This document shows positions 1 to 12,169 of a DNA stretch of 64,000 bases, in pieces. The stretch covers positions 9,052,001-9,116,000 of the forward strand of contig NC_043003.1 of NCBI RefSeq assembly GCF_006345805.1. The letters run 5' to 3'. Both the position numbers and the translations under genes were made by a program. The notes beneath the pieces were generated by a model. It saw only the letters and a program-made list of their open reading frames with translations, was not told the origin of the DNA and did no database searches. Origin of the DNA: Octopus sinensis (Eukaryota). Position 1 is the stretch's first letter. Each line of letters begins with the position of its first letter.

Positions 1-544
1 TCTAGCTTGCCAGTCCTCAGTCAAATCGTCCAACCCATGCCAGCATGGAAAGTAGACACTAAACGATGACGACGATGATGATGATGATAGATACATATAG
101 ATATATATTCATAGATGGATAGATAAATGATAGAAAATGAAATCAATGATATCCTTTATTTAAAATCGCTACAATTGTTTTGTCGTATTTTTACAGTCAA
201 ACCGTCCAACCCATGCCAGCATGGAATGTTGATGATGATGATGATGATGACATATGCATACATATTTATATTTATACACATAATTGTACATTTAGCTACT
301 TATCATCTAAAATCATAGATGAATTTGTCAGTGGGCAGCTTAGCTTAATGATAAAGCACTTAGTCGGAGTTTTTGAGGTATGTGGGTTTGTGTCTCATGG
401 CTGGTTGTTGACAAATTTTTCTGCTTGGTAAGAGTAATTTGCCCAGTATTTCTGCTGTTCTAATGGCAATTCTGTGTTTGAAAAAATATCATCTAATATG
501 TACTGTTGAATACACAATTTGACGCATTTAAAAACAAATGTTAG

Positions 545-893
545 TTTGTAGTAAAGATTGTTTGCCAACTTAAAATGGCATTCCTGGTTTAGGACGAATG
601 TTGCTGTAGTTTAGCCCCAGGAGACATCGTCTCCAGCTGGCTACATGATACGATCTGTGTCTTTAAATTTTCAAACAAGGGAATCTAGCACCCCCACTCA
701 GCTAAAAGCAATATCTGTGTATCGTGCTTTCTGGGTTATTTCCCTTCATCAGCACAGAATAATTGCTAGATTCCTTTGTTTGAAAATGTAAGGACATGTA
801 GCCAGCTGGAGACGATGTCTCCTGGGGCTAAATTACAGCAACATTCGTCCTAAACCAGGACTGCCATGTTATGTTGGCAATCTTCACTACAAA
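545..893. mobile_element. Foldback (long inverted-repeat) element with a hammerhead-like motif in its loop
   Basis: Left arm tttgtagtaaagattg...ccaggagacatcgtctccagctggctacatg...gaatctagca is the reverse complement of right arm tgctagattcc...catgtagccagctggagacgatgtctcctgg...caatcttcactacaaa. Confidence 0.85.
714..758 (-). ncRNA. Minimal type-I hammerhead ribozyme motif (degenerate)
   Basis: Minus strand UCUGUG-CUGAUGA-AGGGAAAUAACCCA-GAAA-GCACGA-UA|CACAGA: perfect 6-bp stem I and intact core; stem II closing pair and stem III are imperfect. Confidence 0.6.
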
Positions 894-1225
894 GTACTGT
901 TCCTGAATATCTCACATTGTGAGATTTAAAAATAGTAATTTTCCAAAATGTTAGTTTGTTTATATTTACACACAGAGTTATACATACGTCAGTATATACA
1001 TACATACATACATGCATACAAACAGACAACGAGTGGACAATTGAAAGAAAAGGGCACTTAACATATTTAGTATGAGCTACAAGTATTGTTTAAAGTTTCT
1101 TGATTCAGTTCCCAGCTACCTCAAGTTTCGCATTTAAGCCATCATCAGACAATGGCTTAACAGGCCAAAGCTTCAAAGTCATGGTCAACATTATTCTTGT
1201 TTAAGAATAGCTAAATATATATAGC

Positions 1226-1470
1226 CTTGACTGGCTTCCGTGCCAGGGGCACGTAAAAAGCAGCAACTGATTATGGCCGTTGCCAGCCTCGCCTGGCACC
1301 TGTGTCGGTGGCACATAAAAAGCACCCACTACACTCATGGAGTTGGCGTTAGGAAGGGCATCCAGCTGTAGAAACACTGCCAGATCAGACGAGCCTGGTG
1401 CAGCCTCCTGACTTCCCAGACCCTGGTCAAACTGTCCAACCCATGCTAGCATGGAAAACAGACGTGAAAC

Positions 1471-1505
<35 letters not shown>
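1226..1505 (+). mobile_element. Retroelement 3' segment ending gtccaacccatgc(c/t)agcatggaa..(GAT)n
   Basis: Recurs at 1-90, 200-250, 2588-2762, 3290-3510, 5620-5895, 18715-18780 and 29985-30120. Confidence 0.8.
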
Positions 1506-1541
<36 letters not shown>

Positions 1542-1843
1542 CACAAACATATACACACACATACATATATATATAATATATATAATATATATACACAAAC
1601 ATATACACACACATACATATATATATATATATACATATATACGACGGACTTCTTTCATTTCTTCCGTTTACCAAATCCGCTCAAAAAGCTTTGGTCGACC
1701 CGAGGCTATAGTAGAAGACACTTGCTCAAGGTGCCATCCAGTGGGACTGAACCAGGGACCATATGGTTGGTAAGCAAGCTACTTACCACACAGCCACACC
1801 TATATATATATATCATATATATAATATATATAATATATATATA

Positions 1844-1897
<54 letters not shown>

Positions 1898-1898
1898 C

Positions 1899-1932
<34 letters not shown>

Positions 1933-1952
1933 ATAATATTATATATATATAC

Positions 1953-1984
<32 letters not shown>

Positions 1985-2151
1985 ATATATATAATATATA
2001 TAATATATATATATATATATAATATATATATATACATACATATATGTATATATATATATATACATATATCTGCATATATACATGTATGTATATGTAGACA
2101 CACTCACACATGTTTGTTTTAGTGAATGTTTCTTTATTCTTTGTTTTTCAG

Positions 2152-2280
2152 TTTGCTCTCTTGGAAACCATTATGACTGCTGTACAAGATCTGTATCCAG
2201 CTCTACGGCAGAAAAAAACATGGGTTGTTTTAACAGTTTGCATACTTGGTTTCCTCTCTGGTCTTACGGTTTGTACTGAT
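2152..2280 (+). CDS. SLC6 transporter exon (TM9 region): FALLETIMTAVQDLYPALRQKKTWVVLTVCILGFLSGLTVCTD
   Basis: ttttcag acceptor, gtaagt donor, 129 nt, phase 0/0; translation matches the SLC6 segment after TM8 through TM9. Upstream exons lie outside the window or were not found. Confidence 0.93.
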
Positions 2281-2311
2281 GTAAGTAATGGAGTCTTTTC
2301 TATTTTTAACT

Positions 2312-2523
2312 TTAACCCTTTCGATACCAACCTGGCTCTGTAGTACAAATGTCTTGTTCCCATAAGTTTTGAATTAAAATCTTCCACCAAACCTTAGTCA
2401 CAATTTATGTTCCAAACACTAGCTTAATGATAACTAAGTTATTTTAGTAAATTCTTTGTTATATTTAAAGTAATTGAAAAAAAGCACAGAGCATTAAAAT
2501 AAATAGAGTAACGAAAGGGTTAA
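2312..2523. mobile_element. piggyBac-type MITE
   Basis: TTAA-CCCTTTCGATACC ... GTAACGAAAGGG-TTAA termini; same family as the copies near 24, 26 and 30 kb, in opposite orientation. Confidence 0.8.
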
Positions 2524-2759
2524 GCTTTTATGCTTATTTATAAGTGTTAGATTTTTGCAATACCTCGGTTGAAACAAAATGTAAAAGGCACTCAACACAC
2601 TCTGTAAAGTGGTTGGTGTTAGGAAGGGCATCCATCCATAGAAACCACGCCACAGCAGATAACTGGCATCTGGATAGCTCCCTGGTTGACTAGTTCTCTG
2701 ATTGACCAACTTGTGTCAAACTGTCCAACCCATGCCAGCATCGAAAATGGACATTAAAT

Positions 2760-3249
2760 GATTTTTCCCCCAAAATTTAAAGGTCAAAATCCATAGTGCG
2801 TACTATATACGAGGTTAAAAATGAAAAATATTTTCTAAGCAATGTATGAGTCTCTATTTGCTGTCCGGCAATGTTTATTCAGACGCATTTTGTGATGTCG
2901 GGCACAAAAATACCTTAAGCTAAGCCAGAAAGCAATGAAGTCATAAAAGAATCATCCATAACTTGCAGTAAGCAACATTTATTAAACGCTATTACTGTTA
3001 TTTCTTTATTTTCTGCAAACAAAATGCACAAAAAAGCTAAACGTTTGCATTATGTTATATATACAATAATAATATAGGACGTTACCGTATACAGTTTTAC
3101 AAACCAAGGATGTTATGTAGACCTCCTTGACTTAAGTTAGAGAAGGGGTGCGTATTATTCACAAGGTTTAGGTTTTTCAGAGGTACAGTCCCCTAAAAAT
3201 CCCCTGCGTATTATACTCAAGGGCAGACTATACTCGAGGATTTACAGTA
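2760..3249. mobile_element. Non-autonomous Tc1/mariner-superfamily (pogo/Tc2-like) DNA transposon fragment
   Basis: Right end gactatactcgaggatttacagta with repeated subterminal tgcgta(c/t)tat..aagg motifs; left end not visible. Confidence 0.45.
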
Positions 3250-3936
3250 CAAGCTTATCTTTTAAAGGTGTTTGTGCTAGTGCTGTGTAAATGCACCCAT
3301 ACCGGTGGCATGTAAAAGGCACCCAGCACACTCTGTAAAGTGATTGGTGTTAGGAAGCGCATCCATCCATAGTAACCATGCCACAACAAATAACTGGCAT
3401 CCGGACAGCTCCTTGGTTGATTAGTTCCCTGGTTGACCAGTTCATGTCAAACTGTCCAACCCATGCCAGCATGGAAAACGGACATTAAATGATGATGACA
3501 ATAATGACGAAACTAGGAAAGATCTGTCTCTCATTTATTTAATACTACAGAAACTAGTGTCTAAATCTATACTTAGGGATCCATGTGGTTTATGAAAAGG
3601 CTATGTAATACTGACTTGGTTTCACAGTCTCTAACCAAAATCCCTGTTAGATTTATAAATCTGGTTCTTATTCTATCAGTTTCTTCTAATGAACCACTAA
3701 GTAACAGGGAAAATGTTTATAGATATGCTTAGAATTATTTGTATGGTAAATTTTCTATGGCTGGATGCTCTTTCTGTCACTGACCTTTATTCGTTATAAT
3801 ATTTTCCTCCTGACTAGGAGACACAAGCTCTGTCACACAGACATTATCACAACAATCACATGAAGATGATCTGCCGTGAAACACTGCAGTTCTATACTCA
3901 CTTTACTTACATAAACACTTTCTCTTTTCTTTCTAG

Positions 3937-4036
3937 GGTGGCATGTATATCCTGCAACTGATGGACTCGTACGCGGCCAGTTGGGCTGTTTTCCTAATGG
4001 CTATCATTGAATGTGTTCTCATTGGATGGGTTCATG
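3937..4036 (+). CDS. SLC6 transporter exon (TM10): [34 protein letters not shown]
   Basis: ttctag acceptor, gtaatt donor, 100 nt, phase 0/1; resembles GlyT2/PROT GG(I/M)Y..QL.D.YAAS; the conserved extracellular-gate Asp is present. Confidence 0.95.
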
Positions 4037-4119
4037 GTAATTATGTACAGATTTTGCTGTGTTCTATTCTACAAATTTACAAGTCATAGATGCACACCAA
4101 ACACTCTAACACACAACTC

Positions 4120-4533
4120 TTTACTCTTTTACTCTTTTACTTGTTTCAGTCATTTGACTGTGGCCATGCTGGAGCACTGCCTTTAGTCGAGTAAATCGAC
4201 CTCAGGACTTACTCTTTGTAAGCCTAGTACTTATTCTGTCAGTCTCTTTTGCCGAATCACTAAGTTATGGGGACGTAAACACCCCAGCATCGGTTGTCAA
4301 GCGATGTTGGGGGGACAAACACACACACACACGCAAACATATACACACACATGCATATATATACATATACATATATACAATGGACTTCTTTCAGTTTCCG
4401 TCTACCAGATCCACTCACAAGGCTTTGGTTGGCCCGAGGCTATAGTAGAAACACTTGCCTAAGGTGCCACGCAGTGGGACTGAACCCAAAACCATATGGT
4501 TCGTAAGCAAGCTACTTACCACACAGCCACTCC
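4120..4533 (-). mobile_element. SINE family B (tRNA-like head, CORE-like ggcaccttgggcaagtgt, internal (TA/CA)n, agtaaaag tail), full length
   Basis: Reverse complement of the + copy at 52158; other copies at 1641-1800, ~5895-6040, 22541-22692, 25255-25630, 43440-44060, 56990-57200 and 63383-63684. Confidence 0.85.
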
Positions 4534-5152
4534 CATATTTTACTAACAAAAAGCTGCCCAGTCATGCTTTGCTTCCTTCATGTTCTTGGTTGATGGTGTC
4601 GGTTCGTGGTCCCTGAGACATCATCGTGTGTAGAATGGACCAGGTCTACCAGTGCTCTCTATCGCTGGTGGTTCTGTGCCAGCCTCTCTGTATCTTCCAA
4701 GGTGACAGTGAGCCTCTGGAGAGCTCCCTTAACTATGTCCAGCCATCTAGTGTGGGGCTGAATGAGAGAGTAAAGGATGATCTAGCGGGAGACAGAAGAC
4801 ATGTCTGTACCAGGATGTGTGTATGTTGATTTGACCAATAGAACAGCCTGCTTCTGAAATTAATGTACATGTGGCTGAGCACTCCACAGACACATGTGCC
4901 CTTAACATAGTTCTCAAGGAGATTCAGCATGACACAGAATGTGACAAGACTGGCCCTTTGAAATATAGGTACAATTCATATTTGCCAGCTGAGTGGACTG
5001 GAGCAACATGAAATAAAGTGTCTTGCTCAAGGACACAATGTGTTGCCGGAGATTGAACTCATGACCTTGCGATTTAGATGTGAATTAGATGCAGCCCTAA
5101 TATTGTAATTGTTATTGACTACACATACTCAATGTATTATTTACTTTTACAG

Positions 5153-5262
5153 GAGCTCAGGAGTTTATCATTGAAGTTGAATTGATGATTGGGCAGCGCA
5201 GCCGAAATTTCCATAAATATTTCTCTATCTTCTGGAAATATATCTCACCTGCAACATTGACG
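5153..5262 (+). CDS. SLC6 transporter exon (IL5-TM11): AQEFIIEVELMIGQRSRNFHKYFSIFWKYISPATLT
   Basis: ttttacag acceptor, gtttgt donor, 110 nt, phase 1/0 joins the flanking exons in frame; M.G and W..(I/L)SPATL motifs as in PROT/GlyT. Confidence 0.9.
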
Positions 5263-5861
5263 GTTTGTAATGCAACCTTTTGTCTTTACAAGAATTCTGT
5301 TATTTATGTTTTTTTTATTCTATTTTGAGAATGCTCCGGAAGTGGAATGATGAAGTGTAAAATGGGTGCAGTTTTTAGGTTGGAGATAGTTTGAATACAA
5401 TTCAAAGAAAATGATAAACAAGTGTTTGCAATCTTCTTCGAAGACATGTCTGAGGAAATATGTTTTACATGGAAGACAGGAAACGGATAACATTACTTGT
5501 ATCATGATGACCACCATGTGATGTCTAGACTATAGTACACACACACAAAAGTATATATATACATATATACGATAAGTACATCAACAAAATAAAAATCAAA
5601 TGGAAATTGCAGTTGTGATACCCGTGCCGGTGGCACGTAAAAAACACCATCCGATCGTGGGCGTTGCCAGCCTCCCCTGGCCCCTGTGCCAGTGGTACGT
5701 AAAAAGTACCCACTACATGTTAGGAAGGGCATCCAGTTGTAGAAACACTGCCCGACCAGACTGGAGCCTGGTGCAGCCTCCTGGCTTCCCAGACCCCAGT
5801 TGAACTGTCCAACCCATGCTAGCATGGAAAACGGATGTTAAACAATGATGATGATGAGGAC

Positions 5862-5893
<32 letters not shown>

Positions 5894-6125
5894 CAAGCTT
5901 CTTTCAGTTTCTGTCTACGAAATCTACTCACAAGGCTTTGGTTGGCCCATGACCCACTTGCCCAAGGTGCCATGCTGTGGGACTGATCTCAAGAACACGT
6001 GGTTGGGAAGCAAGTTTCTTAACCACCTAGCTATACCTAAAAATATAAACAAAAAATAAATGAACTTAATGATAAAAAACAAACAAACACCCTATGCTAA
6101 TGCTAATTCTTCTCAATGTTTTCAG

Positions 6126-6299
6126 CTGCTGATGGTCTTCAATGCTATCCAATACGAACCTCTCGAATATGATACGTACGTCTACCCTGGCTGGGCTAAT
6201 GCTATTGGTTGGTTAATGGCATTGGCACCGATCATGATGATAATCACTATTGCTGTTTTCAGATTATTAACAACTCACAGAGACCTCCCATTCAAAAAG
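6126..6299 (+). CDS. SLC6 transporter exon (EL6-TM12): LLMVFNAIQYEPLEYDTYVYPGWANAIGWLMALAPIMMIITIAVFRLLTTHRDLPFKK
   Basis: tttcag acceptor, gtaagt donor, 174 nt, phase 0/0; Y.P..Y..Y.YP.WA..IGWLM motif of SLC6. Confidence 0.95.
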
Positions 6300-7031
6300 G
6301 TAAGTGTTCTCTCCAACAGTTTTTATGGTGAAATATTTACTCCACATTGTTGGGTTTAATCCTTCAGTATTCAGATTTCTCTGTCAAATGTAGAGCTTAT
6401 TTATTAAAACAATACCTCGGCCTTCGTTAAGGCAGAGGTATTGTTTTTAGTCGTGTTTGTTTGTTTGTTTTTCCGTGGACAAGATATCTCAAGAACTGCT
6501 TGATGGATTTGCATGAAACTTTCAGGGATGTGTGACCTCATGACTGTTACAAACTGATTGAATTTTGGGATTGCTCCAACATTGGACAAAGAATCTGGAT
6601 TATTTTTACTTAAAGTTTTGAGAGCAGTTGGGTTCATTTTTAGTATTTCTTGTATGTGAGAGCAGTCGAGTTTATTTCAGATATTCTTATTTTAAAAATC
6701 ATCTTTGGCTAATCGTTAAAAGAATGTTGGTGTTGCCTTGGTGGAGGTTTCCGCTCTCTGAGTGCTCATGTTCATATTGTCTTGAATTAATCATACATCA
6801 TTTTGTAGCTTCAAGATTTCAATAATGTAAATATTTATTTTTGTGACATTGTAGGGTAGGTGTAAGACCTTCTATTTATAAATGTTCTAAAATCTCCACA
6901 GCCTTGGTTTTTTTTATCTCATACTGAAAAAAATTATATATATATATATATATATGTATTTGCCTATATGTCTATGTATGTGTCTATGTATCTATAACCT
7001 ATTATTTATTTATTTATTTTTTTTTTTTCAG

Positions 7032-7169
7032 AGAGTAAAAGAACTGCTGAAACACACTTCAGGATGGGGTCCAAACAAGTTTCAAAAAGCTGAAGAGGAA
7101 GAAAATCGTAACAGAACAATAGAAAACCCCAATTTCACAGTTGGTAATCCACAGGAGACAAGGATATAA
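7032..7169 (+). CDS. SLC6 transporter terminal exon: RVKELLKHTSGWGPNKFQKAEEEENRNRTIENPNFTVGNPQETRI*; the gene is a glycine/proline-type (SLC6A5/A7/A9-like) Na+/Cl- dependent transporter
   Basis: poly-T cag acceptor, conserved SLC6 C-terminal WGP motif, TAA at 7167-7169. Exact orthology cannot be set from these exons. Confidence 0.9.
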   Translation, partial: RVKELLKHTSGWGPNKFQKAEEEENRNRTIENPNFTVGNPQETRI

Positions 7170-7399
7170 AATAGGCATTAGCATGTTGATTCTTGTCTTC
7201 GTACCAGCATATTCATAGGACTAGTAAAGATGATGAAGATGATAAGGATGATAATGATGATGATAATAATAATTACAATAATGATGAGTGACGAAATACT
7301 AGTGATGGTAGTTGTGGTGCTGGTGTTGTTGTTGCTGCGGGTGGTGGTAGTGGTGGTGGTGGTGGTGGTGGTGGTGGTGGTGGTTGCCGGAAGTTATAA

Positions 7400-7419
7400 A
7401 ATAAATTTATAATAATAAA
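7400..7419 (+). terminator. Candidate polyadenylation signals of the SLC6 gene (AATAAA at 7400-7405 and 7414-7419)
   Basis: Two AATAAA hexamers about 230-250 nt after the stop codon; the sequence is AT-rich, so chance occurrence is possible. Confidence 0.35.
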
Positions 7420-7730
7420 CACTAGTGGTGGCGTTGACGCTGCTGCTGCCGTACTTCGTGATGGTGAGGATAACCTGTACTTTAGTCAAGTTGCTGACAC
7501 AAATCAAACCTAAATAGAGATACATTAATTAACATTAATTATGCACTTAGGGCTTTAAAAAAAATGAATTATGGCCGGGTTGGGGTCGGGTGCAGCTTGA
7601 TGTACTGATCTACATTGTTTTGATATATGTAGCAGAATTCTCACCTGCTGTGCACATCTTTTTCTACTAGTACTTACCTATACAGTTTCAGAAAATTTAT
7701 TGCTTGCCTCATAGGATATATATATATACT

Positions 7731-7763
<33 letters not shown>

Positions 7764-7926
7764 TTATATATATATATACTTTATATATATATATATATAT
7801 AATATGTATATATATATGTATGTATATATATACATACATATAAAATATATATGTATGTATTTATGCATGTATATATATATATATATAGAAATTGTTGAGT
7901 ATATTCATTCATCTGTACATATTTAT

Positions 7927-8000
<74 letters not shown>

Positions 8001-8349
8001 TATATACATATGCACACACACACACACATGCATATATATATATATTTATATGTATATAGTGGTGGTGATAACAGCTGGAAAACTACTCAGTACAAGGAAT
8101 AGAGTATAGTCAAAATCATAGGTTAGCTATTTGTCATTACTTAGCTTTGATATAAGTTTCATACATCAGGTAGGTTTTGTGAGTACATAAATGATATTCA
8201 GCTGAATCTTAATTGCAGCTAATGGCTGAACAGTTAATGTATGTATGTGTGAAAACATATAAAAGAACATATATATATATATACACACACATATATACAT
8301 GTATATATGCATACATACTTATACATATATATATATGTGTTTGTGTGTG

Positions 8350-8399
<50 letters not shown>

Positions 8400-8410
8400 A
8401 TATATATATA

Positions 8411-8448
<38 letters not shown>

Positions 8449-8818
8449 GTATGTATATCTTGTACGATCATTAATTTATTGCATATAAGATATAAGCAAC
8501 ATATCATAAAAGCATTAAAATTTTCAAAGCTCATTTACCTTTTCTAATTAGCAGCACATAATTAGTAAGGTGCACTTCCAAACAAAGGAGATATTTGATC
8601 GATAAAGATGGAATTCGTATTTCCTTTTTTTCTTTTTAAATTTAAATTTAATTTATTATTGTTATTTTAATGATGATGACGAAGATGATGAAATGATAAT
8701 GATGCTGTTTATAATGACAGTGATGGTGATGTTGGTGATGATGATGATAGTAAGGGTAATAAAAATAACAACAACAACAATAATAATAATGATAATAATA
8801 ATGATAATAATAATGATG

Positions 8819-8860
<42 letters not shown>

Positions 8861-11109
8861 CTTGTAGTAAATACTGTATATTGAGAGAAATAAACCCTGT
8901 GTTTAAATAGTGACTTTAAAAAGAAGGACATTATGTAGATGGAGCCAAAACAGAAACAGTTGCTTTTTTTTTTATTAAGGACAATTCAAAATATCTATAT
9001 AAAATATGATTATATAATAAATATATTTTAAAGCTGGTGTAGCCACTTAATGCACCTTGGAAACACCAAACACTTAGTTTTCATAAAAGGTACACAACAA
9101 ACCAGCAATAGGTAGGTATACTTCGTCCACTCATCCCATCGAAATATATATAAAGACACTACAGTCTCGTATTCTGCCATGATTTCGGATAATACGTCTG
9201 TTATATTTTCCATTTAAGTGAATGCCTGATAACCCAATACAAGCAAAGTACCTCTTTAAAATGCTCGATTTTCATCAGTAAATTGAGCACCTGGTACCAA
9301 TTGGATGTGAGAGGTAGTCACTTTCTCTGACCATCAAACAGGTGCAACTGAACCGAGTCGCAACCTAGCAGCTGAAGTCAAAATACTTTCGGTTGCCACT
9401 AGTATGGCTTCCAAGTACAATGAAGAACTTTCTCAAAACTTTCTCAAAACTTTCTCAAATAATTTCAACTAAATTAAAGTGATGAGTATTCTGCTAAAGT
9501 TTTAATTACAGCTATCCCTATCTGCAGTGGCTTACTTAGAGTAGATGCTGTCTTAGATAACCACGTTTGGCACTCCAAGAATTTGTTGTCTGACAACATT
9601 ACTAAAAACAAGCGCCAACCACTTTCCAAACACCTTGGCTCAAAACCTTTGACTTAGCATTCAACGGAGAATTGAGCCCAACATTTTGAACTCTATCTCC
9701 CTTGTTTGCATCCCTTCTCAGTGGGGTCACCAATTACATTGGGTTCACCCATCTGAGAATCCACCCACTTTAACTTTAATTAGAATCAATAAGTTCGTTA
9801 TGCTCAGTGCAATCCATGTTACACATCATCTGATACTAGAGTCTTGATTTTCATGTAGCCACTTTATTTCTTACAGGTGATGTGTTTCTGTCGCACTACT
9901 CAACCATTACAATTCAAAGATGGAGTAGATTAATAAGTCTTCTGATACTATCTTGCTCTCTAGAAATAACTTAACAAAATGCTTTTGAAATAGCCACTTT
10001 ATACCTTGTCTCAATACCATCACAATACATAGTAGCCATCTCTAAAAATTTCTTTTAAATTTCCCGGTCCTGCTCTTTCTTTTGTTTTCTATCACTAACT
10101 CCTTTGGAAATTTGATAAAATGTAGTTTTATTTTTATCACCAAATCAGCGGTGGTGCCCCAGCATGGCCGCGGCCTTCGGGCTGAAACATTTTTAAGGAT
10201 TTAAGGAAATCAACCTTCTATCTGTTAGTTACGATAGTTCAATAGAATTCTTTTGCACTAATTCTATTACCTGGTTTCAGTAAGATTTCTGTGTTGGAAA
10301 CCATGTGTTTCCAGGAACTGTGTTACAAGATAAACTTGTGATCTGAATAGTTGGTTACGCAACACTATGGACCACCTATATTATCCTTATCCACTAACTA
10401 AATAAGTAAGCTCTAAGTAAGTTAGATCTAATTGCAATTTGAGTATATTTACAGTGATACATTCCAATGAGCTTTTGGAAGTGTTTGAGCTTGTTAGGGA
10501 CACTTTTAACATGGTTCCCTACTGACTACTGACACACAGTACCTCTGTGTTCTCAAGATGTCATTCAAATCACTTTCTGAAATGGACGAATGGAATGTTT
10601 TTGAGGATTGAAAATGTTTGTTGTTCTGCTTCTATAGTGGCATAACTGACTGCCAGTTTAAGTTTGCTGTTTGGATTGTTATTTCCGTTGAAGACCACGA
10701 ATGTATCCTCTGAGAAGAGAAAGATCATATTTACTTGAATGGCCAGATTTTCCTGAACCAAATTTATAACTCTTTCTCAAACTAGAATTAGCAAACAAAG
10801 CATAAATCTAATTGTCATCAAATTAGAGACCAAGTGCCTTGGCTTGCAAATCCAAGTTTTCAAGCCACAGGACTTGGCTACCACATCTATTTTAAGTGAC
10901 TTTACATAATTTAGCAGGTAGCTTTTTTTTTTCAACCAATATTAATCCTATGTCATGTATATTAATGCTCCCTACCCTCAAAATGCTTGCATCTGGCCAA
11001 AAAGGGAGAAAGCACTTTTTGTTATGTTGGTCCTTAATGCAACTTGACCATAGCCATGGTTTATTTCTTTATGTAAAAGTCTCTCTGTATGTAGGAAAAG
11101 TTTTCTAGT

Positions 11110-11413
11110 GGAGGCACATGGCCTAGTGGTTAGAGCAGCGGACTCGCAGTCGAGGGATCGTGAGTTCGAATCTCAGACCGGGCGATGTTTGTGTTTATGA
11201 GCGAAGCACCTAAGCTCCACGCGGCTCTGGCAGAAGGTAATGGCGAACTTCTGCTGACTCCTTCGCCACAACTTTCTGTCACTCTTTCCTCCTGCATTTA
11301 GCAGCTCACCTGCGACGGACGAGCGTCCTGTCCAGGTGGGGAACTTATATGCCAAGGAAACCGGGAAACCGGCCCTTATGAGCCAGGCATGGCTCGAGAA
11401 GGAACAAACAACA
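11110..11413 (+). mobile_element. SINE family C (tRNA-derived head)
   Basis: A box tggcctagtggttagag, B box gttcgaatctc; second copy at 35745-36058. Confidence 0.85.
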
Positions 11414-11710
11414 ACAAAAGTTTTCTGGAAGTTCTATAAACTATTGACATTATTTTCTAGTTGTCTGCCTTTAGTAAATTTGTTGAAGAGAGCCTGCGTG
11501 TCATTCCCCGTATTTCATAGCCTGTGTTTGTAGCTGATTTTGTTCTTATTGTGGCTGATTGCTGTTTTAGCTGTTTCTTATCTTGTCCGCATCGCTGTTC
11601 TGGCATCAGTGGTGGAAGTGACGCTCGTTTTGTTGTTGTGTTAGAGGTGTTTGTTGCATTTAGTTATAATATTATTGATGATGGCAATAATGATAGTAAT
11701 AGAAGGAAAC

Positions 11711-12138
11711 ATCGAAGCCATACCAACACAACATACTGTCCAACAAATATCTCTTCTAGGAACAGCCCACGTCTTGCGCATGACACTATCAATTCAATGG
11801 AATAGCTCGAATTGAACAATCTCCACATGCAACATAGGCTCCATACAACAAGCATTTAATCATCTAAAACAACCTAACTTACGCAACATATACTGTTCAA
11901 GATTAAGGTCCAAATAAATTGACAGAATGCACATCGTACACACCACATTTGATAGAATGCACAATAGTGTTACAAGAAACAAGGAAGTAAACCTAATATC
12001 AGAACAAACTAGTGTAGGAGGTGTCTATACTTCCCAATCTCCATAAAGATAAGGGCACCCCCACGGACACCTCAGGGACATTGAACTGCACCAGGTGGTG
12101 TTACAGGAACTCACAGGAAACTACTAAAAGAAAAGCTT

Positions 12139-12140
<2 letters not shown>
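11711..12140 (+). mobile_element. 3' end of an R4/Dong-like (REL-endonuclease) LINE with 3' UTR and (AAT)n tail
   Basis: IEAIPTQHTVQQISLLGTAHVLRMTLSIQWNSSN* (11711-11815) resembles the Q...LLGTAH(I/V)LR C-terminus of this clade; followed by an (AAT)n array. Confidence 0.55.

Positions 12141-12169
<29 letters not shown>

Noticed and set aside
320-378. Possible upstream SLC6 exon (ends GAG|gtatgt)
   Set aside because: The translation does not resemble the expected TM8 exon (GPGL.F..YP...W...FF.ML..LG.D).
5440-5495. CUGAGGA...GAAA with AUGU/ACAU flanks
   Set aside because: Helix II does not close and helix III is mismatched.
11110-11185. tRNA gene (also 35745 and 19447)
   Set aside because: The A and B boxes are heads of repeated SINE bodies; no complete cloverleaf is present.
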